DNA of 64,000 bases from Eledone cirrhosa (GCA_964016885.1 CAXHJY010001125.1:62001-126000); one strand, 5' to 3'. Positions 1 to 12,089 are shown, counted from the stretch's first letter. The notes: generated by a model from the letters alone, not told the origin. Made by a program: numbers and translations.

Positions 1-1017
1 TATATATATATACATGTATATATGTATATGTATATATATATGTATATATATATACATATGTATATATGTATATATATACATATGTATATGTATATATATA
101 TGTATAATCATCAAAGATTCTTGAACAGTTACGAAAAGGAAGAAACTTAACATCATTTTCCCTTCTCAGCCGCCATATTGGAACGGAGACTGTGTGATTT
201 CAACTTGATTACAGAGGGCAGCAACGGCCCATCTCATGGATATCAGAAGATAGGGGCGGGGGGTTATGTTTATCCTCTGGAAGAGATGTATGTGAGACAT
301 TACACGACACCATGGTAGACGTAGACATACAGTAATTAGACAGCGGTATAGAATAACAAATGACTAGACAAACAGAATGTTTGTTGGCAGACGACAGCAT
401 AAAATATACAATAAGGGAACAAAACAAATTAAACATTGAAATAAAGATTTGAAAAAAAGTCTTACGACTATGATAGGTCCAGGGTAGCAACGTGAGGGGA
501 AAATACTGAAGACTTTCGTCTGGAAACGAGTAAATGTCTGGGAGAAAAGAATTGAGCGTGCTGCACAGATGTTGTACAACGAAGGAAAAAACCGAATGGA
601 GAAAGTAGGCGGAAGTTAAAGGAGATACCGAAAAGAGAATTATGGGTTAGAAACCGAGGATAGAGAAGGGAGAGAGAGAGAGGGGGGGGGGGGGGTAATT
701 ATCCCAGTGAAAATAATATTTTGGTAGTTGGAACAAAATACTGTACCGTAATTAAATATTGACAAAAATTCTACAGGAAAAAACGCCAACAATTTTTGGT
801 TAATATTTATTAAGGGCACAACATTATGTTCCAACTGCTAACATATTATTTTTGGCTGCGACAACCTCTCTCTTTTACACACCTTTTACCTGTATCCCAT
901 CATTCTGTTTCTAGTGTATTATGTCTGTTCCCTCTTGTAATTCTTCGAGTCTCTCTTCTTTTGTGAAGAAGTTTTGACAATATATAATGGCGGCAAAGAA
1001 CAGATTTTTTCTTCCAA

Positions 1018-1063
<46 letters not shown>

Positions 1064-1172
1064 GAGTACAAAATTAAAATCAATATATATTCGTGAGAGT
1101 CGTTACAAAAAGTAGTTTTGGACGATAGAACTAAATTCGCTGGGCACCTAACCCAGTGTTTCTATGTCATCG

Positions 1173-1210
<38 letters not shown>

Positions 1211-1312
1211 GGTGGGTGGATGTGTGTGTACATATACCCATACACATACAGGCGCGCGCGTGGCCATGGAAACACTAGGTGTGGTGCCCATGAATATGTA
1301 TGTATATATGCA

Positions 1313-1357
<45 letters not shown>

Positions 1358-1494
1358 TCATATAAAAAACACAAACATACACGCACACACACATATATAT
1401 ATATATATAAACCCGAATGTATAGCTGATCCGTGTTATTCTTCACTCCTATAAATATATATATATATATATACACACACCCACACACACACACA

Positions 1495-1536
<42 letters not shown>

Positions 1537-2367
1537 GTAGTAAAGGAACGAGAGAGCCCTGTTATATTACATAAATTTTGTGTTATTCTATATGCTAAAA
1601 TATTTGAGAGCAAGCAAGCAAACAGTCATTTTGGATGTGAGCCAACATTCTTTCTGAGCATGTTTATAACAGCTGTGAGTTTTATATTCATTCCATCAAA
1701 TACTCTACATCCATCGCTGCGTTTATAATTTCCTCAGAGCAATCTTCACAGTTGGACCCTTCCCGGCTATTTAATTATCTTCCCTTAGTTTGAGTTCAAC
1801 TACGAACTATAGAAAACTCATCCAAATATCCTTTCCACCACCCCTACCACTGAAAATACAGGCCGTTTCAAAACCTGTATTTAGAGCTGTGTTTATGATG
1901 AATTGGCGGAGTCGTTAAGATGTTGGATTAAATACCTCGACAATTGTTTCGGCTCACTGCACTCCGAGTTCAAATCCTGCTGAGATAAACTTAATGTTTT
2001 ATCCTCTCGGGTGTCAATATAAAAAGTAGCAGACTTTGGGTGGTCGGGGTGGATTGGTGGAATCGTTAATGAGTTAGTATCTTGTCAGGTTTTGTGCAAT
2101 GTTAGTTCAAATTCTGCCTCCTCCTCATTCTTGCCAGGAGTTGGTATATGGGGTTATATTATCCAGTCTGTTCTTCCACTTTTTAAAGAAGGTGTAATTT
2201 AATTTTAGGGAGAATTAGCCAGCTGCCATTTCTAGCAAGTCGAGGACCACGTAAAGGTTCCTTCGACTCAGGGGCAACCTGGCGACAAACATATAGGCAG
2301 TATTGTAATCGAGAGAAAACGAACCTGCTCAACTAACAACCAAAATGGCTGGACGACAGGAGTTTAA

Positions 2368-2544
2368 CCCTTTAGCATTTACATTACTCTATATATACTA
2401 TTGTATTTTCACAGTAAAGGCTTTATCTCACATAATTATCTCACATAAAATCGAATCTATGAGATTTTGATGTTATTTATTTTGAGAACAATACCTTAAT
2501 GTAGGTGTTAGCAGGCAGTTACAGCCGGTTTGAATGCTAAAGGG
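2368..2544. mobile_element. piggyBac-like MITE
   Basis: TTAA on both sides (2364-2367, 2545-2548); 12-bp TIR CCCTTTAGCATT / AATGCTAAAGGG; homologous copy at 53332-53539. Confidence 0.8.
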
Positions 2545-2548
2545 TTAA

Positions 2549-3433
2549 CTGGTGAAAGGTCTTATATCATCACATTCAGTAATTTCTTTTCCTAGAACGA
2601 AGCTAGACGACTGCTCTGAAGTCTTGCTCAAGTAAATATTATACTGAGAAAGCCATAAACTACATCTTAACATTCTTACACAATGCCGGTAGCAGTGAGA
2701 AAGATTTCTTAAGATTTGACCGGAATTGAATGTCACTTTGGATTGAAATCAATTCTTCCTTCACCATTTCTTTTTTCTCACGGCTGATATCTAAGAATCT
2801 AAGAATGAATTAATCACACAATCCGGTATTTTAAGCAAAAACAAAATAATAAGAAAATAAAAATCAGAAATCTGTCCGCCATCTTAGTGTGCAGCTCATC
2901 TTAATGTGTGCAATACACTTGAAGGTCATCTAGTATACGCACCATCTTCTGCAGTTATAGGTAGAGGAGGGCGAATGATCTTATGACGAACCTTGTTACT
3001 ATTTTCAACAGAAATGTGGAGAAGGCTAATTTGACTTTAATAATATTAAGCTCATTTCCTTGCATTTAGAAAGTGACTTTGATACATCTTTGTGAATGCA
3101 TCTGACGAGTAAGCAAAGATATGAGAGAAATTAATTGAAACGTCTCAAACAGTTTTCTTTCCTCATCCATCTTATTTGTGTGCAACAACAAACGTTTAAA
3201 ATCTCCATCATTACTGGTGAAGGGCTGTCGGCACTAAAATATTTGTAGCGCGGGATTGTATTTCATTTACTGCTGTGATAACACTGCTTTATGGTTTATG
3301 AAGTCGATCACGAGAGTATTTTGCAGTCAAATGTTACCTGTAGATTACACAATGTACCGTAAACACACTGGTACAACTTTGTTGAAGAAGTTGACTAAAC
3401 CAAAATGACGATTGTCATTGTTGGTGCACCATC
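2549..3433 (-). pseudogene. Decayed hAT (Charlie/SCAND3-ZBED8-like) transposase, C-terminal part
   Basis: Manual minus-strand translation across stops and frameshifts gives ordered motifs DGAPTMT, HCVIYR*HL (CxxH relic), VITAVNEI, NDGDFKRLLLHT, IRW..KENCLRRF, AYSSDAFTK, QGNELNIIKVK, DDLQVYCTH, IPDCVINSF, EELISIQSD, YPAL, EITECDDIR. Confidence 0.8.
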
Positions 3434-3454
3434 TAGTGTACAGAGAATAATTGT

Positions 3455-3699
3455 TATCCCAGTACATTACTGGTACTTTTATGTAAAGATGAAAGGCAAA
3501 ATTAACCTCGATGGGATTTGAACTCAGAACATAAAGGGACGTAACTATGCTGTGTATTACTGGTACTTTATTTTATCGACCCAGTAAGGATGAAAGGCAA
3601 AGTTAACCTCGGCGAGATTTGAACTCAAACTGCAAAGGGCCGTAACTCTATGCTGCAAAGCATGGCGTCCGACCCTCTACCGATACTGCCAATCACCCT
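3455..3699 (-). mobile_element. Two tandem copies (one partial) of the abundant tRNA-derived SINE
   Basis: Reverse complement of A-box TGGCAGTATCGG, B-box GAGTTCAAATC and core GCCTTTCATCCTTACGGGGTCGATAAAATAAAGTACCAG. More diverged copies at about 1900-2031, 3768-3920 and 5675-5808. Confidence 0.85.
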
Positions 3700-3998
3700 A
3701 CAGATAATAATGTTGATAAGCGGGTGTCTTTTTAACGAAATATTTGTTTCGTTATGACTTTTTTTACGTTCTAAGTTCAAATCCTAGCAAGGTCAACTAC
3801 CGAGGTCAATTTTGCTTTTCATCCTTCTGAAGTTGAAAAAAACCAAAGTACCAGTTAAGTACTGAGTTCGACAACTTTTTCTCTTCTACACAAATTAATG
3901 GTTTCGTGCTTCAAGTAGAAACCGTTTTACACATAAATCTATTTTAAATCATAAATTTTGACACAAAAAATAATTAAACCATACCCGTTATATTAGAG

Positions 3999-4432
3999 CA
4001 GTGGTTCCCAAACTCGGTTCCGTGGGAGCCAAGAGTTCTGTAAACGAGTGTCTGGGATTCCGTGAAAAAAGGGAGAGGAGTATATTTATATTACGACCAT
4101 ATAACTGTATTAGTTTTAGATCCGTGAAAAAAGGGAGAGGAGTATATTTATATTACGACCATATAACTGTATTAGTTTTAGATCCGTGAAAAAAGGGAGA
4201 GGAGTATATTTATATTACGACCATATAACAGTATTAGCCTTAGATCCGTGAAAAAAGGGAGAGGAGTATATTTATATTACGACCATATAACAGTATTAGT
4301 CTTAGATCCGTGAAAAAAGGGAGAGGAGTATATTTATATTACGACCATATAACAGTATTAGTCTTTGGGGTTCTTCCCAAAAGTTTCTGAACTAAAAAGG
4401 GTTCCGTGTTTGAAAAGGTTTGGGAAAACCTA
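3999..4432. mobile_element. hAT/Charlie-type MITE containing a 62-bp tandem repeat
   Basis: Starts CAGTGGTTCCCAAAC, ends with degenerate GTTTGGGAAAACCTA; preceded by tattagag (Charlie-like nnnTAGAn target). Confidence 0.6.
4059..4364. repeat. 62-bp minisatellite, about 5 copies
   Basis: tccgtgaaaaaagggagagg... recurs at 4059, 4121, 4183, 4245, 4307. Confidence 0.95.
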
Positions 4433-4647
4433 ATAATTAGACTAAATATAAATAAGTGGACTAGGTGAACTTTAGTTATTAATGGTGATCTGCATGTATA
4501 AAACAGTCATATCTTATTTATATTACATGTTCAAACGCTGTTTGATTTTTTTTTTTTTCCTCGCCGTAGAATTTTCACCATCCCACTTCCATCGGTGGAC
4601 TGACACACTGACGGACAGATACGATTCGACTTTTATTTATATAGATA

Positions 4648-4817
4648 CCGTATTTCCCGGTGTCGAAGACGCTACTTTTTTCCTAAAATAAGTTTCAAAA
4701 ATCTACCATGGATCCTGGAGGCCGAAGGATGTTTATTATTTTTTTTTTCAAATTTTTGGTTGTGAAAATTAGGGTACGTCCTCGACGACGAAGCGTCTTC
4801 GGCGCCGGGAAATACGG
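4648..4817. mobile_element. Tc1/mariner (Tc2-like) MITE
   Basis: TA on both sides; 26-bp TIR CCGTATTTCCCGGTGTCGAAGACGCT with 2 mismatches. Confidence 0.85.
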
Positions 4818-4826
4818 TATATAAAG

Positions 4827-4863
<37 letters not shown>

Positions 4864-4866
<3 letters not shown>

Positions 4867-4982
4867 CGAAGGAAATGTGGTAAGGAACCAGGTGGACCAT
4901 AACGCACCAAAGTACTCAATACTTAGGGGAGTAGAGTGGGTAATAGGAACGTGTAGGACCCCACGTAGGTCTTACTCGTTCC

Positions 4983-4984
<2 letters not shown>
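4864..4984 (-). mobile_element. Family C Penelope-like terminal-repeat fragment in (TA)n with short fold-back
   Basis: Near-identical to the tail of 9382-9585; small inverted arm TAGGAAC...GTTCCTA. Confidence 0.75.
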
Positions 4985-5009
<25 letters not shown>

Positions 5010-5015
<6 letters not shown>

Positions 5016-5332
5016 GTGAGGTTTTTTTTACAAAATGAAAAATAACCAAGGTGTCCTACACGAGTGGAAGTATAAAGAAAAAGAGATGAAATCGAAAATG
5101 CAACTGAAGTCTTATTTTTTAAAAAAATATATATATTTATTTGGTTCCTTTACCGGTTTCGCAGTTCTTCTGCTTTTCAAAAGGTAAGTTGAGGAGAAAA
5201 ACCACAGACCCTCCATCTCAACTCACCTTTTGAAAAGCAGAAGAACTGCGAAACCGGTAAAGGAACCAAATAAATATATATATTTTTTTTTAAAATAAGA
5301 CTTCAGTTGCATTTTCGATTTCATCTCTTTTT

Positions 5333-5339
<7 letters not shown>
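5010..5339 (-). mobile_element. Fold-back element (family D) with minimal hammerhead relic, flanked by (TA)n
   Basis: Inverted arms 5071-5193 and 5217-5339, 23-nt spacer, about 60-nt single-copy tail; each arm holds cctt-TTGAAAA-GCAG-aagaa-CTGC-GAAAC-cg-GTA-aagg. Confidence 0.7.
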
Positions 5340-5378
<39 letters not shown>

Positions 5379-5859
5379 GCATCACTAATTTAACAACAAT
5401 ATTTTATAACAATTAGTATAACTGCCAAATAATAATCTCACAGAAATCAGATATTTAGTTCCATGCAGACAATGTGTGATCACATTATAATAAAATTTAA
5501 CCAGATATTATTTGTTGCTAATTAAATTTAAATTATTACATCTGAATGATGGTATTTTAACTGAAACCACAAAATATTATCAAATCCGATAATTAAATTG
5601 TTGTCTATTTTGAAGCAGTACATCTATTTTTAAAAATGTATTATTCGATTTATAATGTATTTATATATTTATTATTTGCCTTTCATCCTGGCAGAGGCGA
5701 TAAAATGAAGTACCAGTAATGCACTGATGTAGGTTTAATCAACCCCCCACCCCACCCCACCCCCGCTCCCTAAATTGCTGGCCTTGTGCCTAAATCAGAA
5801 ACCATTATTCCATTCTTTTGAAATTTGCTATATCAATCTTCAATGGTATAGAAGGTGAG

Positions 5860-6142
5860 TCTAAAGTTTGTCTTAAGCCAGAAGGCTCATTTGGCCGGTG
5901 CTTACCCCGGTTTTATGGCGGAAGCGACTGAGAGTACAAGACTCCCCCCTGGACAGGACGCCAGTCCATCGCAGGGTTAAATCACCAGATATTACTGGTA
6001 CTCATTTCTAGCTGAGTATACTGGAGCAACGTTAAATGAAGTGTCTTGCTCAAGAACACAACACGCAACCCAGCCCAGGAATCGAACCCACGACATTATG
6101 ATCGTAAGTCTAACACCCTTACCACTAGGCTCGTGCATCCAC
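5860..6142 (-). mobile_element. Full-length tRNA-derived SINE of a second family (CORE/V-SINE-like), with 12-bp TSD
   Basis: ATAGAAGGTGAG duplicated at 5848-5859 and 6143-6154; minus strand has B-box GGTTCGATTCC, TTGAGCAAGACACTT and GCGATGGACTGGCGTCCTGTCCAGGGG. Related fragments at about 25145-25263 and 63075-63162. Confidence 0.8.
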
Positions 6143-6956
6143 ATAGAAGGTGAGAACTCGGTATCATATACTGCTTAGAGATGGTGGGAAATCCTGAACA
6201 CAAATTAAACTAGGGTTTATCCACAAAACACCGCTCTAACCTAGGTGTTGAGACTGACACTTTCTCTCCTCCCCCTTTCTTTCTTCTGTTGCCTCACAAC
6301 CTTTGCTCTTTCCCTCCTTTTCCTCTCAATTATAGCATTTATAGTTCTTTCCAATATTACTTTCTTTTTCTTTATATTTGACTAAATATTAAATTCTTTA
6401 TTATTTTCATGTAATTTTATCTTAGAAATATATTTGAGTATTTTGAAATAAAATAACTTTTCTCTGTAGTATACTAAAACAAATTAACCACCAAACTAGG
6501 GACATGCTTAAGGCATCCGGCAAATTTGACATTTTAAAAATAAATATTTTGCAGACTTTAAAAATGGAAAACATCATAATTTTTTTAATGCTTTGTCCTC
6601 AAAAGGACTTAAGGTGGCCGTGTGCAAAACACGTGTGATGTGCATTCATCGAAAATAAGTTAACTATCCCTCGTGCAACATAAGTAAAGAAATACACCAA
6701 TAAACTGTTCTCTACCATCACATTACTGTCCTACCCCCCCCCCCCTCATCCTCTTTACAATAAGTTGAACAGAAGATTATTTGATACGAATAAGAGTGTT
6801 AATCACTAGTTCAGCCACTGTTGAACTAAAGATTATATCTCGTATATAGGGCAATATATGTGAGGTGACACAATAAACAAATGTACGTGCTCTGAGTAAT
6901 GTAAGTTCCTCTAAGGGAGGTAGTTAATACTCACTGAGTCTATTTATACACACACA

Positions 6957-8041
<1,085 letters not shown>

Positions 8042-8459
8042 CATCACGTGTTATTTCACGTGATTATACATATAAATCATGTGTTCTGAGTACAACAATT
8101 AAATAGATAAATATGTAATGCAATTTCTAATGGTTCTTGGCAACCGACCATGTCCTCAAGACTCCACATATTTTGATATATTGCGAATGGTTTTGCTTTC
8201 TATTTCTCATTCGTTTGAATATTCTACACGAACAGAACAGTTTGTGCGAGATATAAAAGCGTAAACAAAAAGATAAGAGTACTTTTCTTTTTCATGAACC
8301 ACAAATTAGACTTGGAACATGTAATGGCAATACCTTTGGGGGGGAGGGGTTGTGTGTGTAAAAAGAGATTAATAGAATATTAAAATTATCTTTAAATTAT
8401 CCTAGCGAAGCTTAATTCCAACCAACCCATCCCCTCAATCTATCTTATTTCTTATTCTT

Positions 8460-8495
8460 TCTTCCGATGAAGGACTAGCGTCCGAAACGTTAAGA
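8460..8495 (+). ncRNA. Minimal hammerhead ribozyme relic (family E)
   Basis: tctt-CCGATGAA-GGAC-tagc-GTCC-GAAAC-GTT-aaga; stems I and II pair; core has U4->C. Confidence 0.55.
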
Positions 8496-8704
8496 CCCGC
8501 TTCCTGCTATTTCAAGCGTTAACCTAATATATTCCTTCCATATACTGTACCGATTGTGTTGTTATTTCTGTTTACATTTTACACACGCACATACATACAT
8601 ACATACTTACACATACATACACATATATATATATCCGCCCACAACAAAAATTAAACTCGCATTTTCGTAACAACAATACGACACAATTATTTCACCTCAA
8701 TTGG

Positions 8705-8750
<46 letters not shown>

Positions 8751-9119
8751 ACTCCCTTACTGCAAACGAAACCAAGAGGAAAGAGGTTTCCGTAAATATT
8801 CGAATTCGTGAATTTGAGGGAAAAACCGCCATCAAAACCTTTGGCGGGAAAAACAAATAAATCCGTTCAAATGTCTACTTAACCTGTACTATATATATTT
8901 CTTTCGGCTTTTTTTTATTTAAAGTAAAATAACATATCTGAATGCATTTATTAATCCTTCAGCATCTTACTGCCTTCCTGGTTTGAAAAACTGTATTTAT
9001 TTTGATTTTTTAAAATTAATACTCTTCAATTACCCCCCCCCCCTCCCTCACCTGTAGAGACCCAGCAAAGATTGGAATAAGTACGAGATGGATTAAACAG
9101 GACAAATATGTTGTAATGA

Positions 9120-9290
9120 TAACAATTGATGTAGTCACAGAATGTGTGACGAAAGATCTTTCACAATAAATAAACAACCACTCGGTTATTAAACCAACCA
9201 ATCGGAAATTTGTAATAAATTGAAGTGAAAAACCAACAGGTGCACGTGTTTTTTTATTGGCAGCATGACCCACCCAAAGTATAGCAGCAT
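9120..9290 (+). mobile_element. Family B Penelope-like terminal repeat with degenerate hammerhead
   Basis: Homologous to the reverse complement of 16541-16714; GTCACA-gaatg-TGTGAC-GAAAGATCTT retained, 5' core decayed. Confidence 0.6.
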
Positions 9291-9346
9291 CCGTTTCAAC
9301 ACATGTTTTCAGATAAGAAATCTTGCAGAACAAATACAAAAACGAA

Positions 9347-9381
<35 letters not shown>

Positions 9382-9385
<4 letters not shown>

Positions 9386-9583
9386 AACAAGTAAGACCCC
9401 GACGGCTGAGCTCAAGCCGTTTCGACGGCTAATTCTGTACTATTCTGTACAGAATTAGCCGTCGAAACGGCTTGAGCTCAGCCGTCGGGGTCTTACTTGT
9501 TCCTATTACCCACTCTACTACCCTAAGTATTGAGTACTTTGGTGCGTTATGGTCCACCTGGTTCCTTACCACATTTCCTTCGT

Positions 9584-9585
<2 letters not shown>
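9382..9585 (+). mobile_element. Family C fold-back element in (TA)n
   Basis: Perfect 59-bp inverted arms 9382-9440 and 9447-9505 plus an 80-nt tail; contains GAAACGGCT-tgagctc-AGCCGTC (hammerhead 3' half). Confidence 0.85.
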
Positions 9586-9627
<42 letters not shown>

Positions 9628-9691
9628 TAATAATAAATGTGAAGACGAAAATTCGAAAAGGCCTCCATAAAGATTTATAAATACATATAAA

Positions 9692-9733
<42 letters not shown>

Positions 9734-9766
9734 GTAGAGCTAATATTTATTATATGTACAGATTAA

Positions 9767-10018
9767 GGCGGTGGATTGGCAGTATCGGTAGAGGATCGGA
9801 CGCCATGTTTTGCAACATAGAGTTACGGCCCTTTACGGTCTGAGTTCAAATCCCGCCGAGGTTAAGCTTTGCCTTTCATCCTTACAGGGTTGATAAAATA
9901 AAGTACCAGTAAGGATGAAAGGCAAAGTTAACCTCGACGGGATTTGAACTCAGACCGTAAAGGGACGTAATTCTATGCTGCAAAGCATGGTATCCGACCT
10001 TCTACCGACACTGCCAAT
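9767..10018. mobile_element. Two tRNA-SINE copies fused tail-to-tail (inverted pair)
   Basis: Plus copy 9767-9911, minus copy about 9908-10018. Confidence 0.85.
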
Positions 10019-10189
10019 AATACTGCACTGAGACACAACTCTTAGTGACTGCAGATAAACACGTGTTCAACTATAATCACGTGACGCAAAAATACTTTCA
10101 CTCGTACATTCACTCACGTCAGCACCACTACATACCTAAATAAACACACACACATACATACACATACATACACATACACACGCACATAA

Positions 10190-10233
<44 letters not shown>

Positions 10234-10278
10234 GAGAAGTATAGAGATTGTTTTAGCGAGAAGCTAACAGCATTCTAT

Positions 10279-10329
<51 letters not shown>

Positions 10330-10331
<2 letters not shown>

Positions 10332-10633
10332 AGTGAGAATATTTTCGAAACAGCGAGTGGATTTGAAATTATTAGAAATGTTAGCTATCGCCGTATTTTG
10401 ACTAAAGAAATTAAAGAAATTATTTAGTCTGATAGTGGGGTTAAGAACCCTCGGATAAATGGAAAAAGATGTACGTCAATGGGAGTCGAACCCACATCTT
10501 TGGGTTCGACTCCCATGTACGTCAATACTCATCTTTTTCCATTTCTCCGAGGATTCTTAACCCCACTATCAGACTAAATAATTTCTTTAATTTCTTTAGT
10601 CAAAATACGGCGATAGCTAACATTTCTAATAAT
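10330..10633 (-). mobile_element. Fold-back element with tRNA-like 3' half, flanked by (TA)n
   Basis: Inverted arms about 10368-10494 and 10501-10633; minus strand reads GTGGG-TTCGACT-CCCAT-TGACGTACA-TCTTTTT; 38-nt tail. Confidence 0.7.
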
Positions 10634-10837
10634 ATATATATATATATGTAAAACGAGGAAGTTTCGTTTACATATGAAAAATATTTATTGCGTATCCATC
10701 TGTTACGCGCGTTTCGCAGAGGATTGGCTCAAGGTGACCTATAGGAGTTATAGACCCGATTCCAGTATCGATCTGCTCCTCAAACTGGTGATGCAACAAA
10801 AGAGATATACATAAATATATATATATATATACATCAA

Positions 10838-11037
10838 TAGGAAAATGTTCAGGAGCCCGACGGCAGAGCTCAAGCCGTTTCGACGGCTAGTCGAAACGGC
10901 TCTGCCGTCGGGGTCATACTGGCGTCATACTGCCGTCGGCGTCATACTTTTTTACTATTTCCCACTCTACTACCCTAAGTATTGAGTACTCTGGTGAGTT
11001 ATGGTCCATCTGGTTCCTTACCACAATTCCTTTGTTA
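10838..11037 (+). mobile_element. Family C fold-back element (rearranged)
   Basis: Same arm and tail sequence as 9382-9585 with internal micro-duplications. Confidence 0.8.
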
Positions 11038-11059
11038 TATATATATATATATATATATA

Positions 11060-11254
11060 TAACGAAGGAGATGTGGTAAGGAACCAGGTGGACCATAACG
11101 CACCAAAGTACTCAATACTTAGGGTAGTAGAATGGGTAATAGGAACGAGTAGGACCCCGACGGCTGAGCTCAAGCCGTTTCGACGGGGCTAATTCTGGAG
11201 TCCAGAATTAGCCGTCGAAACGGCTTGAGCTCAGCCGTCGGGGTCCTACTCGTT

Positions 11255-11258
<4 letters not shown>
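11060..11258 (-). mobile_element. Family C fold-back element
   Basis: Tail 11060-11139, then near-perfect hairpin 11140-11258, between TA tracts. Confidence 0.85.
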
Positions 11259-11300
<42 letters not shown>

Positions 11301-11549
11301 TGTAAGTATATGTATTTGTGCACATATTCCCGTCTCTGTTTTTGTGTTGACTATACATGGAAATCACTAGTTATTGTTCTACAATGCATCTGGCGGTTCG
11401 ACAAAACGAAATCAATAGAATAAGTGCTATTTCTAAATATAAGCAGTGAGGTTGATATGCTCGACTAAACCCTTTAAGGCAGCCGCCCCCGCATGATTGC
11501 AGTCCAATGGCTGAAGCCAGAAGAGTAGATGAACAGTAATGATCTACAC

Positions 11550-11919
11550 ATGGTGGCTGCCAACTCGTTTTCAAGTACGGCCACTACTTTATATCCATGT
11601 AGGAGAACCCCTACCGATGCGCTGAACGAGTGACTTTTTAGTCCAGCCAGCGACTTGAAAACTCTGGTACAAACACTACACTTGTGACAATTATTGACAC
11701 ATAGTGCTGGGCCCATGGTACCATGTGAGGACAAGTGCTGAGAGATCTCCAGATATAAAGCAATGCCTGTGCCGTGAAGCTTTTATAGTGAGCAAAGGCA
11801 CTGCACAAAGCCAGTCCCACTCTCTTAACCAAGATGATATTTACCAAAAAGAAGAACAAGTCAACATCATTGGATACCATCAGGGTTGCAGGTGTTATAT
11901 CAGAGTTTTCCTTCTCCTA
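11550..11919 (-). mobile_element. Short non-autonomous RTE-derived element
   Basis: Reverse complement of 25398-25767; RTE-like 5' motif TAGGAGAAGGAAAACTCTGAT and zinc-finger relic CSVCTRVFKSLAGLKSH. Confidence 0.7.
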
Positions 11920-12089
11920 TATATATATACATACACTCACAAATATATATATAAGCAAAGAGATATTTAATTTGCTGGTAATTCAACAAATTTATTTATT
12001 ATAACAGATTCGAAGCACTCTACAGTTTTTCCTGGAGTATAATATCAATGATATTAATAAATCGAAACTATATTTATAAAACCATATTT

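Noticed and set aside
105-1020. Possible LTR or gene fragment in non-repetitive sequence
   Set aside because: No recognisable protein motif, paired repeat or TSD could be established by eye.
2926-3025. Apparent terminal exon (..RPPLPITAEDGAYTR*) on the minus strand
   Set aside because: Lies within the frameshifted hAT transposase relic.
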